A stretch of 64,000 nt of DNA from Acidobacteriota bacterium. Its GTDB lineage: Bacteria > Acidobacteriota > Thermoanaerobaculia > Multivoradales > JAHEKO01. The stretch covers positions 2,402 to 66,401 of the forward strand of contig JAJCXP010000366.1 in NCBI GenBank assembly GCA_029263375.1. Reading direction: 5' to 3'. The notes under the pieces were generated by a model that worked only from the letters and a program-made list of their open reading frames with translations, searched no databases and had not been told where the DNA came from. Made by a program: the position numbers and the translations under genes. Positions 57,462 to 64,000 of the stretch are shown here, in pieces. The stretch's first letter is position 1. Each line of letters begins with the position of its first letter.

Positions 57462-57537
57462 TGGTGCCCAGGGGCGGATTTGAACCACCGACACCCTGAT
57501 TTTCAGTCAGGTGCTCTACCAACTGAGCTACCTGGGC
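57462..57537 (-). tRNA. tRNA-Phe(GAA)
   Basis: GCCCAGGTAGCTCAGTTGGTAGAGCACCTGACTGAAAATCAGGGTGTCGGTGGTTCAAATCCGCCCCTGGGCACCA; 76 nt, cloverleaf, encoded CCA. Confidence 0.97.
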
Positions 57538-57633
57538 ACTGGGACAGGGGTCGTGACGACCGGGTTGTCCCAGGCGGTTTATAGCGGCTCTTTGAGCCGG
57601 GAGTCAAGGCGGATCGCGCGCCCCCCCTTCCCC

Positions 57634-59019
57634 CTAAGGCTGAGTCGCCTCCGCCCTCGGTACCCAGACCGGCGCCTGCTCGAACCCCGCCGCATCCGTC
57701 AGCCGGGTGAGCTCGCTGCCATCCGGCCGTATGACGAACAGATCGATGGCGCCATACCGGTCCGAATCGAAGGCGATCCACTGGCCGTCGGGCGACCACG
57801 AGGGGTAGCCGTCGTCTGCGAGGTGGTCGGTCAGGCGGGTGACGTCGGAGCCGTCGATGGCCATGGTGTAGATATCGAAATCGCGGCCGTCGCGGGTGGC
57901 CATCCACACGATGCGCTGGCCGTCGGGAGAGATCCGGGCGGGGCCTTCGCCGCCGTAGTGGTGCGCGGGCGCGTTGTCGTTGCCGGGGAAATGGGTGAGC
58001 TGGCGGGCTTCGCCGCCGGCGAGGGGCAGGGACCAGATCTCGGCGCTGCCGCCGCGGTCGGACCAGAAGACGATGGTCTGGCCGTCGGGGGTGACGTCGG
58101 GCTGGCAGTCGTTGGCGTCGTTGTCGGTGAGTTGGCGCACGATGGCGCCGTCGGCGTCCAATAGATAGAGCTCGCGGTCGCCGGCCTGTTGTGCGCAGAC
58201 GACGAGGCCGCCGTCGGGCAGGACGCCGACCCAGGAGTCTGCGACCGGCAGATCGTTGACGAGCTCGAACTCGCCGCCGTTCGGGTCGAGCCGGTAGAGG
58301 CGATAGCCCGGCTCGGTGCCCGCCGGACGATCGGAGACGACGAGCAGCTTGGCGCCGGCGGCGTAGACCCACTCGGTATCCGGAGCCGTCGTCAGATTGC
58401 GCTCTTCACCGGTGCGCAGGTCGCGGCGGTAGACCTCGTAGTTGCCGTCGCGCTGCGTGTTGAACACCAGGTCCCACGCCTCGGCCCAGGCGCCGCCGAG
58501 CGCGACCTCTTTGGAGCCGACGCGGGTGAAGGCGATGTTCATGAACGGCTGCCAGGATTCGTCGACGAGCTTCTCGCTGACCATGGTGAATCGGTCGGGA
58601 CCGTCGAAGTCGATCCGGCTCCGGATGTGCGTGTCCTGCGACTCGTCGCCGTACGACTCGTAGAAGACGGGGCGGCCGTCCTCCTCGCCGAGCTCACCTT
58701 TGCTGACGCCGCCGAGGCTGTTGAAGTACCAGAACCTCACCGTCTCGGTCTCGGCGTCCCAGCCGTAAAAGGTCTCACCGGAGTAGGGGCTCGGAGCGCC
58801 GGTCACCCGGTGTTCGTTGCGAAGGAAGCGATCCTGGTGCACCCACTCCCAGCACTGGAGATCACGGATCTCGGTGCCCTCGAACTGCCCGATCCAACAC
58901 TTGCCGACCAGCGGCGCGAGCGGATCGAAGTGGGCCTTCCAGGCGGCGGCGTCATCACCTTCGGCCAGGCCGGCAGCCGGCAGGGCCAGAAGCGCCGCGA
59001 GCAGCCACGGCACGGTCAT
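57634..59019 (-). CDS. Secreted TolB-like (PD40 repeat) beta-propeller protein with an extra N-terminal domain
   Basis: Signal peptide; TPDGQTIVFWSDRGG, SPDGQRIVW, PSWSPDGQWIAFDSDR. Confidence 0.85.
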   Translation of the reverse strand: MTVPWLLAALLALPAAGLAEGDDAAAWKAHFDPLAPLVGKCWIGQFEGTEIRDLQCWEWVHQDRFLRNEHRVTGAPSPYSGETFYGWDAETETVRFWYFNSLGGVSKGELGEEDGRPVFYESYGDESQDTHIRSRIDFDGPDRFTMVSEKLVDESWQPFMNIAFTRVGSKEVALGGAWAEAWDLVFNTQRDGNYEVYRRDLRTGEERNLTTAPDTEWVYAAGAKLLVVSDRPAGTEPGYRLYRLDPNGGEFELVNDLPVADSWVGVLPDGGLVVCAQQAGDRELYLLDADGAIVRQLTDNDANDCQPDVTPDGQTIVFWSDRGGSAEIWSLPLAGGEARQLTHFPGNDNAPAHHYGGEGPARISPDGQRIVWMATRDGRDFDIYTMAIDGSDVTRLTDHLADDGYPSWSPDGQWIAFDSDRYGAIDLFVIRPDGSELTRLTDAAGFEQAPVWVPRAEATQP

Positions 59020-59155
59020 CCTCGCTCTCAGTTCTCCATCCATACCTACATCCATGCCTACGACCATCGATCGTCTCCCTTGGGTCGAACCCGAACCGAG
59101 AAGCTATCAGTGAGGGACCTGGACGACCGCGTAGACTAGGGTCGGGAGGCATTCC

Positions 59156-60268
59156 ATGACACGCACGCTAGAGATCCCGCTGCTGACGATCGCCCTGCTC
59201 GTTGCTCTCCCCCTTCGCGCTCAGGAACAGCCCGCTGAGCGCTTCGAAGAGGCGCTCGACGTGATCGAAGTTCTGGTCGACGTCCTGGCCACGGACCGGC
59301 GCGGCAAGGTGGTCAAGGGGCTCACGGCGAGCGACTTCGTCGTTGAGGAGGACGGCCAGCCGCGCGAGATCACCGGTGTCACGTTTTACACCTCACGCTA
59401 CGAGGATCTGGCGCCGCGTCCTGACGACGCTCCGGCGCCGCCCGCGGGCTTCCCGCCGCCGGATCTGCCGGCGAGCCGCTACTTCGTGCTCTTCTTCCAC
59501 GACCAGACGGTCGAGACCGACAACCGCGCGCAGCTGACCAGCAATCGACTGCGGGCGGCGCGCGAGGCGCGGCTGTGGGTCGAGACCGAAATGGCGCCGT
59601 CGGACTGGATCGCAGTCGTGCGGTTCGACTTCCAGCTCTCGGTGCAGCTCGACTTCAGCCAGGAACGCATGGCGATCCAGGACGCGATCGAAGCGGCGAC
59701 GCTGAACAAGAAGACCCGGGCGATGACCCCGTCCGTGCGCGCTCGCCGTGAGCACCCGGGACGCGGCCCGTCGCTGACCGCGAACCTCCCGCACGTCGCG
59801 GACCTCGACAGCGCGAGCCTGCGCATCGAGGACGGAGTGCGCATCGTGGCCGAAGCCGCGCGGCCGATCATCGGCCGCAAGAACATGATCCTGTTCACGC
59901 TCGGCTTCGGCCGAACCGAATCACCGCTCGGCTCGCCGGACGAGCGCTACTACCCGGCGATGGAGGCCGCCCTCAACACGTCGAACGTGGCGGTCTATCC
60001 GATCGACATGAGCGGCTCGGGCAACCAGACGCCGCAGAACAACTTCCTGAGCCAGCTCGCGGACGAGACCGGCGGGGTCTACTTTGCGACCTTCAATCGC
60101 TTCCTCGATCCGCTGCGCGACATCTCGCGCTACAACACCGGCTACTACCTCTTGAGCTTCAGATCCCAAGCGCCGCCGGGTGAGCTCGGCTACCGGCACT
60201 TCAAGGTCAAGGCGGTCGACAAGAAAGTCCGCGTCAAGGCGCGGCGCGGGTACTCGTACGGCGGGTAA
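59156..60268 (+). CDS. Acidobacterial-type VWA-related domain protein
   Basis: VLVDVLATDRRGKVVKGLTASDFVVEEDG, GRKNMILF, VAVYPID, LADETGG, YYLLSF, VKARRGY. Confidence 0.88.
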   Translation: MTRTLEIPLLTIALLVALPLRAQEQPAERFEEALDVIEVLVDVLATDRRGKVVKGLTASDFVVEEDGQPREITGVTFYTSRYEDLAPRPDDAPAPPAGFPPPDLPASRYFVLFFHDQTVETDNRAQLTSNRLRAAREARLWVETEMAPSDWIAVVRFDFQLSVQLDFSQERMAIQDAIEAATLNKKTRAMTPSVRARREHPGRGPSLTANLPHVADLDSASLRIEDGVRIVAEAARPIIGRKNMILFTLGFGRTESPLGSPDERYYPAMEAALNTSNVAVYPIDMSGSGNQTPQNNFLSQLADETGGVYFATFNRFLDPLRDISRYNTGYYLLSFRSQAPPGELGYRHFKVKAVDKKVRVKARRGYSYGG

Positions 60269-60271
60269 CCG

Positions 60272-60559
60272 TCAGTAGTGGTACCGGGCCTGCAGGAAGT
60301 CGATCTGACCTTCCCGCACTAGATAGACCAGCCGGTGCTCCTGCGTGATCCGGCGCGACCAGCAGCCGCGTAGGTGGAACTTCAGCGGCTCGGGTTTGCC
60401 GAGACCGGAAGTCGGATCTCGGAGCACCGCCTCGACGAGATCGACCACCCTGAGCGCGGTCTTGCGATCAACTCGGATCCAGTGACGTAGGTCGTCGCGG
60501 AACTCAGGGTGGAAGACCGCCTGTGGCGCGCGCCCTCCCTTACTCCGGCGAGTCGTCAA
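60272..60559 (-). CDS. yoeB: Txe/YoeB toxin
   Basis: GLGKPEPLK..WSRRITQEHRLVY..QARYHY. Confidence 0.93.
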   Translation of the reverse strand: MTTRRSKGGRAPQAVFHPEFRDDLRHWIRVDRKTALRVVDLVEAVLRDPTSGLGKPEPLKFHLRGCWSRRITQEHRLVYLVREGQIDFLQARYHY

Positions 60560-60830
60560 GTCCCAGCTCCCGACGCAACTCGTCCAGGGACGACGGCTTG
60601 GGCGCGTCGCCGAGAGCCCGCTCTAGAGCTGTCGCGAGCCGCTGCGCGTTGCGCGGCGAGCGCAGGAGATGCGCGGTCTCGAGCAGCGAGTCGAGCTCGG
60701 CCTCCGAGATCAGCGCCACAGTCTCCCCGTTGCGACGCTCGATCAGATACGGCTCGCGGGTCTCCGCCACCTCATCGCACAAGCTGGCGAGATTGGCGCG
60801 AGCTCGGGTGTATGTCGTTCGGTTCGCCAT
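60540..60830 (-). CDS. yefM: Phd/YefM antitoxin
   Basis: TYTRARANLASLCDEV..LLETAHLLRSPRNAQRL. Confidence 0.93.
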   Translation of the reverse strand: MANRTTYTRARANLASLCDEVAETREPYLIERRNGETVALISEAELDSLLETAHLLRSPRNAQRLATALERALGDAPKPSSLDELRRELGLDDSPE

Positions 60831-60840
60831 GGCTTCAACC

Positions 60841-60859
60841 TGTACAGTCATACTGTACG
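60841..60859. promoter_or_regulatory. Putative yefM-yoeB operator
   Basis: Palindrome GTACAGT-cat-ACTGTAC with a TGTACA core just upstream of yefM. Confidence 0.65.
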
Positions 60860-61081
60860 TGTTCTCACCGCAGTCTTCAAGCCCCGCCCGCTACCCCGCT
60901 ACCCCCAACCACCCATACCCAAATCGACAAGCATCGATTGAGTTTTTTAGGTATCCTTACTTGTCTGAGCATTGATACAGGTTCCTGGGGGGATCCGAGG
61001 GTCAGGTAAGTCAGGGGCCGAGCGGCTGCTGGCCGGAGCGGCCTCCCCGAGATCAGATTTGGAACGGATCGAGGGCACGGG

Positions 61082-62374
61082 GTGAATGGTACGCAAGCGC
61101 TGGCGGTAGGCGCGGGACTCGTGGTGGCGGTGGTCCTGATTGGGGTGGTGAGCCTCTTCCGGCGCCGCTTCCGGCTCGTGCGTCAGCTGAGCTTCCCGCT
61201 GACGATCTCGGCGATCGCGGCCGGGCTCAAGGTGGTCACGCTGTTTCGGGTGCCCGAGTTCGCGATCATCGAGCCGAAGCTCAACTTCCTGTTCATCTTC
61301 GCCGCGGCGCTGATCGCGATCCGGCTGGTGGCGACGTACTACTTCGACGTCCACCTGTTCCACACCCGCGGCGTGCGGCTGCCACCGCTCCTGCCGCCGG
61401 TGTTCGTGTCGGTCGGCTACCTGATCACCGCCTTCCTGATCCTGAAGTCGATGGGCGTCAGCCTGACCGGCATCGTCGCGACCAGCGCGATCACCTCGCT
61501 GGTCCTCGGCCTGGCGCTGCAACCGATCCTCGGGAACTTCTTCTCCGGTCTGGTGATCTCACTCGAGAGACCGTACCGGATCAACGACTGGATCAAGGTC
61601 GGCGACATCGAGGCTCGGGTGGTCGACATCACCTGGCGCACGACGCACCTGCGGACTCGGGACAACGACAACCTGATCTATCCGAATTCCGAGATTGCCA
61701 ACCGCGAGATCATCAACTACTACTATCCGCACCCACTTCACCTGGAGCGGATCTACGTCGGCGTCCACTACCGCACGCCCCCCTACCGCGCCAAGGCGGC
61801 GATCCTCGCCGCCGCCCACCGCGTCGACGGCGTTCTCGAGAAGCCCTCACCCGAGTGCTTCGTGATCGACTTCGGCGACAGCGCGATCACCTACGAGATG
61901 CGGGTGTGGATCGAGGACATCGCGCGCCGTCCGAAGATCGAGAGCGACGCGCGCACCGAGATCTGGGAAGAGTTCCATCGCCGCGGCATCACCATCCCGT
62001 TCCCGATCCGCACGCTCGAGATCGAGCCGCGGGCCTCCACGCTCGGCATCAAGCGCGCGACAGACCCGAGCACGGCGGTTCCGCAGGCTCGGATCTACGT
62101 GTCGGCCGGGCCCGACCACGGGCGCACGCTCCACCTCTCCGAGGAGCCGGTGCTGATCGGACGCTCGAGCAAGTGCGACATGAAACTCAAGGTGCCTCAG
62201 GCGAGCAAGGAGCACTGTCGCATCGAGTGGCGCGAGGACGGATACTGGATCGTCGACGTCGGCAGCCAATTCGGTACCATAGTCAACGGAAGAAAGGTGG
62301 AGGAGGAGCGCCTGACCGATCTCGACGACATCTCGATCGGTGAGGACGAGCTCCGTTTCGAAACCCATGGCTAG
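61082..62374 (+). CDS. MscS-family mechanosensitive channel with C-terminal FHA domain
   Basis: LGLALQPILGNFFSG..RPYRINDWI..ITWRTT..PNS..GITIPFP, then IGRS..SKEHC..DVGSQFGTIVNG. Confidence 0.9.
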   Translation: MNGTQALAVGAGLVVAVVLIGVVSLFRRRFRLVRQLSFPLTISAIAAGLKVVTLFRVPEFAIIEPKLNFLFIFAAALIAIRLVATYYFDVHLFHTRGVRLPPLLPPVFVSVGYLITAFLILKSMGVSLTGIVATSAITSLVLGLALQPILGNFFSGLVISLERPYRINDWIKVGDIEARVVDITWRTTHLRTRDNDNLIYPNSEIANREIINYYYPHPLHLERIYVGVHYRTPPYRAKAAILAAAHRVDGVLEKPSPECFVIDFGDSAITYEMRVWIEDIARRPKIESDARTEIWEEFHRRGITIPFPIRTLEIEPRASTLGIKRATDPSTAVPQARIYVSAGPDHGRTLHLSEEPVLIGRSSKCDMKLKVPQASKEHCRIEWREDGYWIVDVGSQFGTIVNGRKVEEERLTDLDDISIGEDELRFETHG

Positions 62375-64000
62375 CAGCGAAGAGCACCCACGGCGAATCG
62401 GTCAGTACGAAGTCCTGGGCGCCATCGGCAAGGGCGCGATGGGTCAGGTATACAAGGCGGTCCAACCGTCGCTCAATCGGATCGTGGCGGTCAAGATCCT
62501 GCCGCACGAGTTCCTGGAGGACGCGACACGGGTGGAGCGCTTCAACCGCGAGGCGAAGGCCGTCGCCCTGTTGAGCCATCCCAACATCGTCCAGATCATC
62601 GACAAGGACCAGGACGAGGACACCCTCTTCTTCGTCATGGAGTACGTGCCGGGCTCGTCACTCGACGAGGTCATGCGCAAGCGGCGGCTGTCGCTCCAGG
62701 AGGCGTTCGCGGTCTTCCGTGGAGTCTGCAGCGGACTCGAGGCGGCGCACCGTCAGAACGTGATCCACCGCGATCTCAATCCGCGCAACATCCTGATCTC
62801 GGACGACTTCTCGGTGGTCAAGCTGGCCGACTTCGGGATCTCCAAGGTCGAGTCGATCTCGCGCGAGATGGGCACGCTGTCGACCGCCGAGGCGAGCATG
62901 GGCACCCTCCACTACATGTCCCCGGAGCAGGCGATCAGCGCCGGCACGGTCGATCACCGCACCGACATCTACTCGGCCGGCGTGGTGCTCTACGAGATGC
63001 TCACCGGACGGGTACCGGTCGGCCGGTTCAATCTGCCGAGCCAGATCAACAGTGAGGTCCCCTCCGAGATCGACCCGATCGTCCTCAAGTGCCTGGCGAC
63101 CGAGCCCGAGGATCGATACGCGACGGCCACCCAGCTGATCAAGAGCGTGAGTCTCCTCGAGGACCAGCTGCGGCTCGGACTGGTCAACGAGTTGCGCGGC
63201 ATCTCGCGCGGGACCTCGAGAATCTTCCGGAGCTCGACCCAGACTTTCAAGAACAAGAAGGTGCTGATCGGCGGCGCGGCGGTACTCGCTCTCGCCGCGG
63301 TTGCCACGGCCGTGGTGCTCCTGTTGCCGTCCAAGCCGGCCGCCGAGGACGCACAGGCCGCGGCGCCCGCGGGCAGTGCGTTTCGGGTCGAGGCGGCGCC
63401 GGGTTTCGACCCCGATGCCGTGTCCACCGGGGTCGTGACCTCGTCGGACCTCGACCTGCCCGACGACGATTCCGGGCCGCCTGCCGCGGCCCAGGCTCGC
63501 ACCGAGCCGCCGGTGGCTGCGCAGCCCGCCCCGGCCGAGCCGCAACCGCGTCCAGCTCAACCCGATCCGGCACCGGTACGCGCAGCTCCGACCGGTGACG
63601 GCGAGTACAAAGTCGCCCTGGACAAGCTCAAGGCGGGCCTCTTCGACCCCGCGATCAAGGACTTCGAGGATTTCCTCAAGAGGTTCCCGAACAGCCCCCG
63701 CATACCGGGCGCGTATCTGGCGATCGCCGAGTCGCACGTAGGCGCCGGCCGGATCGAGGAGGCGTTGGCGGGCTTCGTCGAGGTCCAGAGCCGCTTCCCC
63801 ACTGCCCGTGAATCGGGTCAGGCGAGCTACCGCCAGGGTGAATTGATGATGTTGAGCAGTCGCGCCAACAAGGAGGTCCAGGCGCGCGAGACCTTCGATC
63901 GAACGGCGACGAATTTCCCGAACTCGACCTGGGCGCCGCTGGCGCTGATGGCCAAGGCGTCGATCGAGCTCAACGGCAAGATCACGGCGAACGACCCGGT
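62367..64000 (+). CDS. Membrane Ser/Thr protein kinase with extracytoplasmic TPR (YbgF/BamD-like) region; runs off the window
   Basis: Read directly (absent from the ORF track): IGKGAMGQVY, VAVK, HPNIV, HRDLNPRN, DFG, YMSPEQ, TM helix, Pro-rich linker, FLKRFPNSP. Confidence 0.9.
   Translation, partial: MASSEEHPRRIGQYEVLGAIGKGAMGQVYKAVQPSLNRIVAVKILPHEFLEDATRVERFNREAKAVALLSHPNIVQIIDKDQDEDTLFFVMEYVPGSSLDEVMRKRRLSLQEAFAVFRGVCSGLEAAHRQNVIHRDLNPRNILISDDFSVVKLADFGISKVESISREMGTLSTAEASMGTLHYMSPEQAISAGTVDHRTDIYSAGVVLYEMLTGRVPVGRFNLPSQINSEVPSEIDPIVLKCLATEPEDRYATATQLIKSVSLLEDQLRLGLVNELRGISRGTSRIFRSSTQTFKNKKVLIGGAAVLALAAVATAVVLLLPSKPAAEDAQAAAPAGSAFRVEAAPGFDPDAVSTGVVTSSDLDLPDDDSGPPAAAQARTEPPVAAQPAPAEPQPRPAQPDPAPVRAAPTGDGEYKVALDKLKAGLFDPAIKDFEDFLKRFPNSPRIPGAYLAIAESHVGAGRIEEALAGFVEVQSRFPTARESGQASYRQGELMMLSSRANKEVQARETFDRTATNFPNSTWAPLALMAKASIELNGKITANDP

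Larger units (their letters stand above)
4334..57510. mobile_element. Integrative element / genomic island (~53 kb) at the tRNA-Phe 3' end
   Basis: Identical 51-bp direct repeats at 4334-4384 and 57460-57510; adjacent tyrosine integrase; Xis-like HTH at the other end; replication and transfer genes inside. Confidence 0.93.

Overview
Window from a high-GC bacterium, probably Acidobacteriota (an acidobacterial-type VWA protein lies in the core region). Most of it is a ~53 kb integrative element (4334-57510) inserted at the 3' end of tRNA-Phe(GAA) (57462-57537, minus strand), bounded by a 51-bp direct repeat, with a tyrosine integrase at its left end. The backbone has two VirD4/TraD-like ATPases (one frameshifted, ending in an excisionase-like HTH), a Replic_Relax protein, RadC, a CHC2 primase-like protein, an HTH replication protein and a divergent HTH/coiled-coil gene overlapping a 10-bp repeat array. 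No mating-pair genes were recognised. Cargo includes a secreted protease/FG-GAP cluster, an IS3, a NitT/TauT ABC importer with an XRE regulator fused to a paralogue of its binding protein, a GT2, a Sel1 protein, an unannotated type I toxin-antitoxin-like locus, a two-gene nuclease-like pair, and a complete MADS defence operon. The MADS operon has two tandem mad5 specificity genes joined by an in-frame mad6/mad4 chimeric relic ORF, the most unusual feature found. Bases 1-4333 look like a second tandem island carrying a SIR2-like gene. Bases 57540-64000 are chromosomal: TolB-like protein, VWA protein, yefM-yoeB, an MscS-FHA fusion and a Ser/Thr kinase. All calls come from reading motifs by eye; no searches were run.
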